A stretch of DNA of 63,611 nucleotides, the filler included, from Stramenopiles sp. TOSAG23-3 (taxonomy: Eukaryota): assembly GCA_900128585.1 (NCBI GenBank). It is 13 parts of 13 records of this genome, joined end to end, with 100 filler letters (N's around TTAATTAATTAA, not from the genome) between each part and the next. Parts side by side here need not be neighbours in the genome. Positions count along the whole stretch, not along the records: positions 32,814 to 39,266 come from LT643319.1; positions 39,367 to 45,818 come from LT643320.1; 11 more parts are not named here. One strand, given 5' to 3'. The translations under genes were made by a program, and so were the position numbers. Positions 33,279 through 45,300 of the stretch are shown here, piece after piece; the stretch's first letter is position 1; the number at the start of each line of letters is the position of its first letter. The notes below the pieces were generated by a model that ran no database searches, was not told the DNA's origin, and saw only the letters and a list, made by a program, of their open reading frames with translations.

Positions 33279-33580
33279 AGAGGGGCATGAAGAGGCCAGA
33301 TTTGCTGGCTAGCGAGCACGACAGACAGTGAGACAGAGATACAATCGGGGGACTTAACTGAGAGGAAGGGACTTGACAGAGCGCACCCGCTGCCACAGAA
33401 CCCTAGACACCGCCCGAGGCACAGGCGACGCCCATGAGGTGGATTCGTGCAACTGTGCCTTGTAATCTCGCGTCGATCTGAAGAAGAACCCTAAGCCGGC
33501 ACGTGCATGGGCTCGAGACGTCTGCAGAGGTCGTCAGGTGTTCCTAATGGCTGCCAATTTTGGCAAACAAATTAGTTGGG

Positions 33581-33588
33581 TATATAAA
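33581..33588 (+). promoter_or_regulatory. TATA box (TATATAA); also at 33901 and 34398
   Basis: The same heptamer lies 32 and 34 nt before the ATGs at 33613 and 33935, and upstream of the primase-like ORF. Confidence 0.55.
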
Positions 33589-33612
33589 GAACCTCCGAGT
33601 GGAAAGAAAACA

Positions 33613-33780
33613 ATGTGCCACTTCTGCTCCAGACCACCCACCCACGCGTACCATGGGACCCCTTTGTGTGGGAAATGCTACCGAGTGCAAATGTTACACT
33701 ATTTAACAGAATGGGAGGGTCTAAGTGCACGCAAAGCACTATCGGAGATCAAACGGGAGCGCGCCGCAAAACGTGCCTAA
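33613..33780 (+). CDS. Small C4 zinc-finger protein (55 aa)
   Basis: MCHFC...LCGKCYR; TATA box upstream. Confidence 0.5.
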   Translation: MCHFCSRPPTHAYHGTPLCGKCYRVQMLHYLTEWEGLSARKALSEIKRERAAKRA

Positions 33781-33934
33781 AGGAGTGTGCCTAGGCAGCC
33801 TGTACCCCTGCATGCCTTTCCGCTTTTGGCCATCGAGAATTAGCCCACAGTGGCTGCAGACGCATTCGTGGGACAGTCAACTGCATACGGCAAACGTGCC
33901 TATATAAGCACCCGCCCTCTCAGAAGAAACGACG

Positions 33935-34264
33935 ATGAAATTGACAAGGGCGCGAATTCAAGCTCAGCAGAATGCTCGGCTAATCTTCGAAAGCCTCGGC
34001 CTTCTCTCTGGCTGGGCCTCGAAGGAGGAGATCTTAGCAGGCGTGCCTCGACTTATGAAGACAAAAGACTACTGGAAGAAAGAAATTCCAAAGTATATTC
34101 TGGAAGATTTTTTCGAGCAGGAGGAGAAGACCTGTGCGCAGGTGATGACTTTCGCACGGAGACTTGCGCGACAGGCCGAATTTGCCGTCATTCGCAGGAA
34201 ATGGCAGCAGAGGGTGAAGGGAAAATCCACTACCATTTATTACTATAGAGCCCTAATGTCTTGA
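33935..34264 (+). CDS. Small basic protein (109 aa), virus-like
   Basis: ATG-started ORF with TATA box; C-terminal TFARRLAR...VIRRK...KGKSTTIYYY recalls small proteins of NCLDV/Polinton-like viruses (from memory, unverified). Confidence 0.55.
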   Translation: MKLTRARIQAQQNARLIFESLGLLSGWASKEEILAGVPRLMKTKDYWKKEIPKYILEDFFEQEEKTCAQVMTFARRLARQAEFAVIRRKWQQRVKGKSTTIYYYRALMS

Positions 34265-34477
34265 TAGGACTTTAGAGAGTGATAATTTTATACTATTATT
34301 ATATCCATATTTTATTATATAGATAATATATGTAATAGTATACGTAGAGTACATATATTTTTTTTGTGAGCTTCATTTGAGCTTTATTTTTTTACCCTAT
34401 ATAAGGCGCGGATGCGCTGTGTTAGTAAAATAGAGCAAACTATCATTTTCAGAAAATTACACATCACAGCATCCAAT

Positions 34478-35245
34478 ATGAATACAGTATATAATATAGA
34501 TACAGTATTGAACATAAACACAGCATCTGATAAAAAACGACCATCCGCGGCTGAGTGCCGAGCTGGTCCGAGCTCAAAGAAAGCAAAAGTTGGAATCGGT
34601 GAGGACTACGAGCAATGGGAAGCGCGCCTCTCTGAGTCATTCTTCGCGATTAGAGGGAAATCCACTGAAGAGATCATTCTCAAAGCCGTCAAGGACATCA
34701 GTGAATGGCCGAAACGGGCAGAAGCGTGGAGGCTTCTCGCGGCTGCCTTTGCCGCCTTTGAAAGACTGTTCCCAAGGCCGTCCACCGAGGACCTTTCGGG
34801 GCTGAGGCAGAGCCTATGCTCGCAGGTGGAGGCGGTAAGGCTGGCGTATCCGCAGATCGAGGAGTCGCGCATATTTCAGTCCTTTCAAGACAGTGCCCTG
34901 CTACCGGCATTGGAGATCTTCAATGCAACTTTCGAGGAGAGTTCCGCTGCGACAGCGCTGGACCCTCTGGCTGACTTTGAGGGAAAGGCACCAAAACAAA
35001 GGGCAGTAAGCTCCTTGAAAGCCCACGAGGACCCCAGCTTTCGACTCTGGCAATCCAATGCTGCCTGTGATAAGTCGTTTATGAAATACCATGTTGGAAC
35101 GGCCCTACAGATCTTCAGGAAAATGGAGGGAATCGAACGGCCCGAGGAACTTCATTTCTATGAACACTTACAGTCCAACCACAGCCAGCACGAAGGCCTT
35201 CGAAGCGGCGACTTGGCGACTGGTATTTTCTTTGACCTAGAGTAA
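34478..35245 (+). CDS. Truncated PrimPol/AEP-family primase (ends at catalytic motif I)
   Basis: ...KYHVGT..IF......LHFYEHL...IFFDLE* parallels PrimPol R.YLV.T...FW.....HCYEVI...KLYFDLE. No later motifs are present. Confidence 0.6.
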   Translation: MNTVYNIDTVLNINTASDKKRPSAAECRAGPSSKKAKVGIGEDYEQWEARLSESFFAIRGKSTEEIILKAVKDISEWPKRAEAWRLLAAAFAAFERLFPRPSTEDLSGLRQSLCSQVEAVRLAYPQIEESRIFQSFQDSALLPALEIFNATFEESSAATALDPLADFEGKAPKQRAVSSLKAHEDPSFRLWQSNAACDKSFMKYHVGTALQIFRKMEGIERPEELHFYEHLQSNHSQHEGLRSGDLATGIFFDLE

Positions 35246-35615
35246 GAAAAGAAAGAAAGAAGAAAGAAGGAAAGAAGAAGAAGAAAGAAGAAGAAGAAAG
35301 AAAGAAAGAAAGGAATGCAATCATCATCATCATCGTCTCTTCTTCTCTTTCTTTTCTTCTTCTTTCTTCTCTTCTTTTCTCTTCTTCTTCTTCTTTCTTC
35401 TTTTTTTAATTATTCTTCTTTCTTCTTCTTCTTTCTTTCTTTCTTCTTTCTTCTTCTTCTTCTTTCTTTCTTTCTTTCTTCTTCTTCTTTCTTCTTCTTT
35501 CTTTCTTTCTTTCTTCTTCTTCTTTCTTCTTCTTCTTTCCTTCTTTCTTCTTTCTTTCTTTCTTCTTTCTTCTTTCTTCTTTCTTCTTTCTTCTTTAATC
35601 TTCTTTCTTTCTTCA
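35245..35615. repeat. AAG-rich tract followed by a long TTC-rich tract
   Basis: Purine tract 35245-35313, pyrimidine tract about 35336-35615. Confidence 0.95.
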
Positions 35616-36113
35616 ATTTACTTTTTTTTATTCAAATTTTTTGTTTTTTTAAATAAAGATTAACAAGGTTTTCATTAAGGAAATAGAGTAACACAAAAGA
35701 TAAACGGATGATGTTAATCATATGAATATTATAAATTCAAATATTAACATGCCTTAAACATAAACAATCGACTTGAAAAATAACGGATGGAATAATTTCT
35801 TCATCTCTAACGTTAAGTACATTTAAATCGTATTCTAGACATTATCATCAATGCTATTATTATATTATATTGTTTGTTTCCCTATCAATATTAAAACAAA
35901 TCGGAAGAAAACAAACTGGAATAAAGGAGAAGAGGTAGATTGATTTAATATATAAAGTATATGATAAATGCGTAGTTGTTGGTTGTCATTCAGAGTTCAG
36001 AGTTCAGAATTAAAATGATCTTCCTGCCGCGGAAATGAAAATCTGCTGCTCTCCTTCTTTTTTGTCCGTTTTAAGTTTTAAAGTTAATATTATATGGAAG
36101 AGTACCTTCTTTT

Positions 36114-39100
36114 TCAGTTATTCTCGTCTCTACTTGCCGCCCGTGAAATTCCCCCAAACCGTTCGCGTGCGAGGTGCCTGACCCAGCCGGGAGGCTGTTG
36201 ATATTTTACTTCCTTTGTTAGGCGGTTTAAATAACATGTGCGCCCTTCCCCGTCAAGCAGCTGCCACCATACCGTCGTGTGTTTGATGCCTTCGGGCGGT
36301 TTTGCTCCCTGCCCTAATTTTGCCAAGTTCCGACGAGCGAGTGCCAGTTCGCTTGTGTCTGAAGTGTCGAGCTGAGCGTCGCCTAGATGTTGTGGGCGTG
36401 TCCATGTCACTCTACGCTGCCTGTACTCAAAGTATACTTCACTGGACGACGGGTCGATATGTTCCACAACTGTGGTACCGTCACCCAACGCAGATCTCTT
36501 CGCCCACGTCGTGCTTGTTCGCTCACATTCGTAGTACAATGACTTCGTTGCTGGGTCATAATGCTCAGTCCACGATTCTGTTGCATCTTCTTCCTCGCGG
36601 GCAACGACATCGAAGTCACCGGTGGTTGGGTCCTTTTCCACCGGCACCATTTCGACTTCAGCATTGGGTGGAACTTTTGGATTTGGGAATTCATATTTGT
36701 CCCCCATCATGGGATTGAGCACAGCGCTCTCATTTGGTCGAAACATGCTTGCAGCAGCCGAGTCGATTGCTCTTTTCTCTTCGTTTAAGATATCAAGGTT
36801 TTCCTTCTTCGCTCCTTGCAGCAGAACTGCGACAAACGCTGCCATCAGAACGGCTAGCAGCAACACCGTCGACCCCATGGCGATTGGTGCCAACCAAACG
36901 ACATGCTGTTCGCCATTTCCATCGAATGAAACAGGTGAGCTGCAATAATTTGTGAGCACATACAAAATCGAACACACGGACAGATAATTTCGGACATGCA
37001 ACATCCATCCATTGTCGGAGGTGAACGGTCTCTTTGCGCAGTACAAGCCGATGGTCAGCATCAGCGCAGTCACGTACCCAGCAAGATATGCATGGGCATC
37101 TTCATGCACCAGAATTGCATTGCAAATAGCCGTCATGAAAAATAGCGCAAGTTCGACATGGCGAAACCAAAACATGTGCGGATGATAATCAGCTGATAAA
37201 AAATATTTCCACATTGGTCTTTTGTCGAATTCTGCCATGGCTTCGGCGGCATTGTCGCGCAAATGCCGTTTGCGAACGTGAAAAATAATTAGTGCACTGC
37301 ATACTGGGAACAGTATTCCGTGAAACACTAATGCGAAGACTGCAGATGTGAAAAGAGTTGCGTGTTTGCCGACGTAGCAAAACACCAATGGGTTGCTTCC
37401 CATGACATACTCGCCATTTGTATTTTTTGTGCAATACAACGCTTCAAAAACAAAATTCACCATCAACGAGTATGTTAAGCAAAGCCATGTTAAAAGGAAT
37501 TGGCGAAAATAGCCTAGTTTTCTGACACGCTTGCGACAAAGGGCACTTTTGCGCAAGCATTGCAGCATTGAAATTCCCAGTGCAGCCATGCATATAACGG
37601 AGCCGTAGAACAAGATGATTTGCCGCAAAAACGGCTCATCCGTACAATCTGGTGATACGGGACCCACTACGTCTAATTGAAAGAGTGCCAGCTGCGCAGC
37701 TAATGCGTTCATGTACTCGGGCACCTTTCCCACGCACACGCGACTTACTTGTGACATCAGCGACATAGACATGAACAAATACACCATAAATCCTTGAACC
37801 CGCAGCATGCCGCCCTCCATGGTGCCCCCACTTCGTTTCATGGCAATATACGACGCTGCGACGGCAAATAGAAACAAAGCAAAGAACACTCCAAGTAGAA
37901 TAAGTACTGGAACGAGCATAGCGGCAATGAATGCGTTCGGGTCTGCTGCTGTGCATTGCAAGCACGTTTTTATCCCCACGTGACGGGCATAGTAGCCTTT
38001 CACACAGCCACCACACATCATCCCACCATATCCAATTGCACACAACTCTTTTTGCGATGGTTCGTTGAATCCAAGGCATCTAGAGGTCGGCGCCACGCAC
38101 GGTTTGACCTCGAATCCGATTTGATATCCCGATTTGATTGATGGAATTTTGCTAAAGCCAGGAAGGGCCCACAATTGATTCCCGCCAGGGCACCTAGCAC
38201 CAACGGGGCATTCCGTACATTTCTCAGATGATCGCAGCAAGCATTTTTGCTTTGGGTAGTCCCGAAAATCTTTGGGGACCGTCTTGCACTCCAGAGCAGA
38301 ATAGCCCGGAATATTCGTCGTTGGGCAAGGTTCTGCAACATAGTAGACTAGTTTCGCAGCACTCACACTTTTGTCCGGTCTTGTGTCGGTGACATGCACC
38401 CAAGCCCAAGCTTCGCAAGATGTTAATTTGGAGCAAATTTCCGGAAGGCTTCCGCTGTGTGGTGAGGTACACTGTATTGAGTGCCCACTGTCGGTAACTT
38501 TGCAATCGTGTATTTGAACTGATCCCAGGGACACTGCAGTCGTGTTTGGACCGAAAGGCGGTCGGGGTTCCTGCTGTTGGCCCAGTAACATCCGTCCCTC
38601 GCCACTGGCGCTAAGAGCACCCGCTACAATGCGAAAGGAGCCCCCTCCAAACAAAAAATTCCCCTGCGGCAAGGCAATATCAAATGGCGGTTCTGGCTCG
38701 GGCGGGATGCATTGTACACCAATATTGGTTTGTTCGTTTATTGTCCGGTCCAAACAAGAGTGATGCGGCTTATACGTGCATTGTTTTGGTGATTCTTCGC
38801 AGGTTTTTGGCCGACTGTTAGTCTTCTGAAAATCAATGACTGTGCTATTATCAATGGTCAAACCACTATAATTCAGATCAACTAGCTGAACGTGCACTTT
38901 GTTTTGGTAAATGGCAAGGATGCCCTCGGCACTATTGGCTGTTGTCGACAGTCTGCTTTCACGAACAGTGACATGTGACCCGTTTCCTTCAGCAAAAATT
39001 CCGTGACCATACTCAGGGTTTGTCACACCGTTGTTTATGGCAACATTTCCATACATTGTGGCCCTGGAAAGCGTCATAGTAAAATTGCGAGTCAGTATAT

Positions 39101-39266
39101 CCTTTATTCGGATATATGCCCCAGCCCCGCAACCATTTGAAGTTGTGCCATTCTTTTCGTGTATCAACGTGACCAAATCAGGATGAACGTAGCTACTGCC
39201 TCCGCCACCTCCAGTCCCCTGACAGCCAGATGCGCCAGAGCCCCCCCCCCAGTAACCCCCCTCCCC
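36114..39266 (-). CDS. Large receptor-like membrane protein: Gly-rich, Cys-rich, multi-TM, three WW-like repeats; 5' truncated
   Basis: Frame open to the contig end (GEGGYWGGGSG...GGGGGSSY); CPVGARCPGG, GYGGMMCGGCVKGYY; multiple TMs; WTEHYDP...LYYE...TTW, EHIDP...VYFE...VTWTRP, WWQLLD.EGR.CYLN..T.EV.YQQP. Confidence 0.85.
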   Translation of the reverse strand, partial: GEGGYWGGGSGASGCQGTGGGGGSSYVHPDLVTLIHEKNGTTSNGCGAGAYIRIKDILTRNFTMTLSRATMYGNVAINNGVTNPEYGHGIFAEGNGSHVTVRESRLSTTANSAEGILAIYQNKVHVQLVDLNYSGLTIDNSTVIDFQKTNSRPKTCEESPKQCTYKPHHSCLDRTINEQTNIGVQCIPPEPEPPFDIALPQGNFLFGGGSFRIVAGALSASGEGRMLLGQQQEPRPPFGPNTTAVSLGSVQIHDCKVTDSGHSIQCTSPHSGSLPEICSKLTSCEAWAWVHVTDTRPDKSVSAAKLVYYVAEPCPTTNIPGYSALECKTVPKDFRDYPKQKCLLRSSEKCTECPVGARCPGGNQLWALPGFSKIPSIKSGYQIGFEVKPCVAPTSRCLGFNEPSQKELCAIGYGGMMCGGCVKGYYARHVGIKTCLQCTAADPNAFIAAMLVPVLILLGVFFALFLFAVAASYIAMKRSGGTMEGGMLRVQGFMVYLFMSMSLMSQVSRVCVGKVPEYMNALAAQLALFQLDVVGPVSPDCTDEPFLRQIILFYGSVICMAALGISMLQCLRKSALCRKRVRKLGYFRQFLLTWLCLTYSLMVNFVFEALYCTKNTNGEYVMGSNPLVFCYVGKHATLFTSAVFALVFHGILFPVCSALIIFHVRKRHLRDNAAEAMAEFDKRPMWKYFLSADYHPHMFWFRHVELALFFMTAICNAILVHEDAHAYLAGYVTALMLTIGLYCAKRPFTSDNGWMLHVRNYLSVCSILYVLTNYCSSPVSFDGNGEQHVVWLAPIAMGSTVLLLAVLMAAFVAVLLQGAKKENLDILNEEKRAIDSAAASMFRPNESAVLNPMMGDKYEFPNPKVPPNAEVEMVPVEKDPTTGDFDVVAREEEDATESWTEHYDPATKSLYYECERTSTTWAKRSALGDGTTVVEHIDPSSSEVYFEYRQRRVTWTRPQHLGDAQLDTSDTSELALARRNLAKLGQGAKPPEGIKHTTVWWQLLDGEGRTCYLNRLTKEVKYQQPPGWVRHLARERFGGISRAASRDENN

Positions 39267-39366
39267 NNNNNNNNNNNNNNNNNNNNNNNNNNNNNNNNNN
39301 NNNNNNNNNNTTAATTAATTAANNNNNNNNNNNNNNNNNNNNNNNNNNNNNNNNNNNNNNNNNNNN

Positions 39367-42300
39367 CAGTTTGCCTGTATTTTTCTGTATACCCATGAAC
39401 CACGATCTTTCTTTTCCCATAACAATCCCATAATCATTCGAATATGAGTGTGTCACTGGATATACCCACGCGGCCATCGTTATGTTTTTCAGCAAGCGCC
39501 AAGGGGCTGAGCCGGTGTCAACAACAATCGAATTACCTTTTGAAAATGCAATTGCGTTGCCTCCATCGTATCCTTCTACGTATTTTAGCCCACGACCAAC
39601 AACAGCCCCATGTAACTTGTGTACACTCTCGTCAAGAGCTCTCATTGGCCCTTCGGTAACAGGTTCAAATGACCAATGCCCAAACAATGCATCGGGGAGT
39701 GGTTCTGGGTTGGTGGCCTGGCCACCTTCGCTAATATTGTACAACCCGTTCGATATGTACGTTGGGTTTTCATTTACATCTTGGATATGTATATTAACCA
39801 ATGATTTCGAACTCTTAGCGGGGATACCGTTGTCTATCGATTCTATTTCTAATTTGAACATTTTGTATGTTTCAAAATCGATCAGTGTATTATCTACCAC
39901 TGAAATGCTGCCTGACGCATCATTGACTGAAAATATTGTATTCCCGTCTATAGTACTGTTCCACTTGCATAGATCCGCTACATTATCAGAACAAACACCA
40001 ACCTGAGATACCGAGTAAGTAATCAATTGATCATAATCTTCGTCTTCGACGCCAATCGATGTCAGTACCGTCTGTCCAACACCTACATTTTCCGTTACAT
40101 AGACATTCCTAACAACCGAAGATGGTGGCTCATTTACATCGTAAATTTCAATTTCAAAACTGCTAGAAGCCGTTAAAGGCCCAGGAATAATTCCATTGTC
40201 GACCACGTCTAATTGGACAAAATGTCGTTGTTGTGTTTCGTAGTCCAGTTCATCGTTATTGGTTACGTAAAGTTGACCAGAGGATGATTGTTTAGCATGC
40301 AATCTAAATTTTCCACCATCATCGTTTGCAAGAGTAAACAAAAACGTGTTTGCAGCGTCTTCGTCGTACACAGAGATTGGGTTGCCAACGGCAGTTCCAT
40401 TTTCAGCCCCTTCTGCAACCGCAAGCCTTTGCGATTGCAAAACAGGGGGGTCATTGGCATCTAAGACATTTATTCGAACGTTAATCATTCCGGATAGATA
40501 AGGTGGGTTCACGCCATTATCTGTAGCTTTCACCAGTAAATCGTATTTATGCTTCTTTTCGAAGTTCAAATGGGGGAGGTTTACTTCAATTTGCCCACTG
40601 CAAGAGACAATTCGAAATATATTGTCGTGATTTCCAGCAACTATGGTGTATCGTAAAGCTTGATTTCTGTCTCGGTCGATTGCAGAGACCAACGTTCCGA
40701 CAGTTGTTCCTGGCCTCTCATTTTCTCGTATGCTTCGCATGACTACATCGCTGGAAGCGTATGGGTAAGAACACGTGGGAATCCGTAATGTTTCGACTTC
40801 TATTTCATCGCCATCTAACCAATAACCTTTTTTCCCATATGGGGTTCCCTTGAATCCATTAGGGTCTTCAATCAGTGCTTTTCCATTTAGAACAATTTTC
40901 CAGATACCAACAGCATCTGAACCGGAAAGCCTCAAAATAAGTTCCGAGGGAAAATATTTACTGTCGAGCGTGAGTGAATATTTATCTCCGGGGTTTTGGA
41001 TCTGTACGCGTGTAAGAGATGAATAGTCTGACCATTCTCCACCAATTAAATATTTAACAGAAAGGGAGTTCCTCGTCGTCGCATGCCGCTGCTCGGTCCC
41101 ATAGACATCTAATAAAACTTTTCCGTCGATTAAATTTCTGGTGCAAAGCGTGTCTCCTCTGAAATAGGGCGCCTCGTTTACATCTACAACTTCTATAGAA
41201 ATGTCCAAGTGCGCTGCTAGTTGACCCCCGTCTGTGACTTTCACTTCTGCATGCAACAACGGAAACGATTCATAATCGATTCCGGTCGCGTTGTACTTAA
41301 CCGCCAATTGCCCGTTCCTTGTAATGTTACAGAAAAAAATGGCATTTCCATCGATTAGAGCATATGTTAGCTGCCCAAATAAAGTCATTGGGTCGTCCGG
41401 GTCGGACGCAATAATTGGTGAACCAATAAGTACCCCAGGTGATGCCCCCTCTTGCACTTGCATTGGCAGCTGGCTACCAAACGAGGGAGGCTCGTTTACG
41501 TCTGAGATTGCAATGTTAATAACACCTGTTGCCGATAACCCATCTGCATCTTTTATCATGACAACAACATCAAATTGACCGCTAGTAATAAAATCTTCAT
41601 GGTTTAGAATCCCTTTAGTAACACGAATGTTTCCATTCTCCGTATTTATTGAAAATATTCCTTGTAAATTTCCTTGGGCCAAAAAGAATTCAATCACATC
41701 GTTTCTGTCAGGATCGGATGCTGACAAAGTCCCAACATCGGTTCCAGGCACGGCATTTTCTGGAACGGAGAAGCAAGCTACGTACCCGTCTTTTCCATCG
41801 CAATCGCCGGATATCTGATTGATGCCCAAGGTGACTTCGGTGGTACAACTAAATTCAACAGCTAGACTTCGCAAAATACCACCCGCCATTGGACAATCCG
41901 TACCGAAAGTGTTTTCTGAAACTTCAATGTAACATTCCCGTTTATTAATGCATTGCGAACTCACCAAATTTCTAGAATTTGCTACATGGCAGGATCCTTT
42001 TGAATACGACCCGCATGAACCATTTACGTACCCAAAACTAGCAAAATCAATATTGGATATAAAACTCCCAGATGGACATTTTACATGGGATACAGAAGTA
42101 GAAGATTGCCGTTCAACACTTAACTTACAGAACTGTGTGACTTCAGCCTGGTCGGGAACGGTGTTTACCACTGTAACCGGTGGAGCAAGATTGTTTGAAT
42201 GCAATAAATTAGCTTTCTTAAAACATTTTGTTTCTTTTTTCCGGGTATCACAGGCACGATTCAGGTCCGTTGGTAATTCTACTAGATTTGAAGCAGAATT

Positions 42301-45300
42301 ATGCAGTCTACAAGCAACTTTTTCTTTTCTAGGTTGGGAGTCTACCGCGACACATTTTGAAGCCATTTGGCATAAAAAGACACACGTGTTTTCGTTTGAG
42401 ACCAATATTTCCTCTACCAATAACTGAGTAAATCGATACTTACAGCAGCCATGACCTACAAAATTCATCGTTGACGATAATGACTCTTGTTGAACTATTA
42501 TTGCCGATGTGAAGACGGGGTATCTGCCCCATTCAACAGGAATTATACCAACGTAGCGGGCCATTACATCGTTGCGAAATGTAATTTCTTTGTTTTGAGC
42601 CGACCATTTTGACCCTACGGTAAACGCAGCTCCATTATCGACCGGCTCCCAACTGCCACTGTTATGATATTTGGTAACAATTTGTACCGACTTTAGAAAG
42701 CCGTTCCGAAATGATGGATGTGCGCCGATGATAACTCCGTGAATGGTTTGAATACTCTCAGCATCAATAACATATATTTGTTTGTTTCCACCTCTGTAAT
42801 TCGACATCCACATTGCTCTGTTCGAATCGAGAACCCCACCGTAAGCTTTCCATTTTACGTTGCTATTTGCATATTGAATTGTGCGTTTTGCTGAACCAGG
42901 GTTTAATACTTTATGCGGAGAAGAATTTGCAATCGCAGCACTGCAGTGCCACTCTGCCAACCTGTCATTTGCAAATATAGCGTTTGCTGAACCTTTAACT
43001 GCATGAAAGGACAATGCACAGGTTAGGCCTTCCGATTTCGCATACACCCTTCCATTTTCAAAGCGAATTTCATCCGCAACCCCCGAGCAGTCAAACATGG
43101 CCGTCTTCTTTACTGGAGGTAACTGCGCATTTCGTGCATACGGTTCTACTCGTAGGCCACATTTGCTACCATTTATATATGCAAACACTCTGTTGCCTTC
43201 TAGATACACTGCATTTGCGCTTCCATCGCATCGCCATACAGCATATTTGTCTGTCACTTGAAACCCAGAGGCATTAATCGGGATGTCTATAAATCGAAAA
43301 CCGCATGTTTCCAGTTTAATACTCTTCTCTGGTTTCAAAATAATCCCAAGATTATATCCTTTGCAAGGCCGTTCGCCACCGTGATTAGCGATGCACTGCG
43401 CGCTTGTTTTGCAACAGTAATCCGCTCCACCATCGCAATCATGGGGATTTGCGCACATAGAAGGATAATTGTTTGGGCACTGACTTCGGCCTCCTCTGCT
43501 CTTACAGCATGACCATTTTTCTGGTGATGTTTCAACATTACAGTTGGAACCGTCAATGCACTTTAATACGTTGTCTAAACCGGTAGAACCATCTATCCAA
43601 GGGCACGTAGGTCTGCTTTTTGGAAATTTTATCGAATTTGTCGTTCCAGTAGATTTGGAAAAGACTTCAAGAGTGTGAAGCTTATTCAAGACCATCCATT
43701 GCACCGTTATTGCTTCCTTGTTCCAGCCTTCTGCCTCATAACTTGCAATAGTGTTAGCATTTAGGCTCGGCGGTAGGCACGCGTATACTTTCGTTGGGAC
43801 GATTGTATTTATAATTATTTCCTCCCCTCCCGTTTCCCCGTTCGTTGGGCTTAAATGAAGCAGCTTTGACCCTGATAACACCTTTGGAAGATTGGCATAT
43901 TTAAAGGACCGTTTCCCCGGAAATACTGGCGATCCACGTTCCAAATTGATTGTTGAGACAGTGGTTAGTGTTCGAGTAACGGGAAAGACAGTCAAACCAG
44001 TTATTTGAACGTAGCCTTTCGTGTTTTGCAACGCTTTACCTACCAGTGTATTAAACGAACACACCATTTTGCCTCTACTTGGAAATGTGCCTTGAAGCTT
44101 TACCCACTCGTTATCACATGTTTGTGGGAAAAGAGTGGCGGATGACCCCAGCTTTACACCATATCTATCATAGTATGTCGTAGCCAGTATGTCTCGGCTA
44201 CCATCAAAATCTGCAGTACATCGGACCCATACACTGGTAGTGAACAAGGATGCCATGCAGACCATTTCTGTGTTTCTTGCCAAATAATTAAACGCAGTTT
44301 CAATTGTGCCAATGTTCAGGCCGTATATTGGCGAACCCTTTGGGCCATTGGGGATATGAACGATTTCCATTCCTGACATGCTTAATGCCGTTGCATTAGA
44401 ATAAGTCAGAGGCTGCCCGTTTTTGAAGTCGCCATTTCCGATGTAGTTCCCTTTACGAAATGTGACAGATGAAACAATATTATTGCTGGATTCTATTTTG
44501 GCATATGCTTTTACAAGCCGATTGACAATTTCTGCCCTAGGACTAATTCGATAAACCACATTTTGATCAACCCATCCGAAGTATTCGTCTTCCGTGGGGT
44601 ATGGGCACTCGTTGTTTGGGTAGTACTTAACACCGTACCTTCCATAAGAATTGCCACACATACATTTACCCCACCACTGTAGCGAAAAGTAAGAATATCC
44701 AGTTTGGTAGCACGCCCGTTCGCAGGAGCTAATAGATGCTCCAATTGGAATACTTTCAATCTCAAAGTCTGGGTAATTGTTGACACCAATAAATGGTTTG
44801 AGAGAACCATCACCCACAACTCCTGCACCCCACACATTTCTGCGGTATTGACGGTAGCACCCGAGTCGTACAGGGGGTGCTGGTAAGCTGGGCGGGAGAC
44901 TGGCTCCAAACACGGGAGCATCGTTTGCATCAAGCACTTCAATGGTCACCGTCCCCGTTCCACTTAAAGGAGGATTTCCAGTATCTGTAGCAATTATTTT
45001 TACGCCATAAATATCTCGACTCTCATAATCAAGAACATTGTTTGCTACAGTCAAATATAATTGCCCGTCCTCATTTCCAGCACTCAGTTTAAAAACATTT
45101 TTGTCGTGTTTCGTTTCTTGCGGAAGGCACACTTCTCTAAAATCCCCCTTGGCTCCAAGTCCCGATGCAAATGCAAAACTAGTGAAGTGTGAAACGTTAA
45201 ATTCTTTTGACAAAAGAGGACTTTCGTTAAAGAAACTGACAGACAAAATACCAGTTTCAGGGCTTGTGGTTATTTCCCATGTTTTGCTGCCGTCTAAAGG

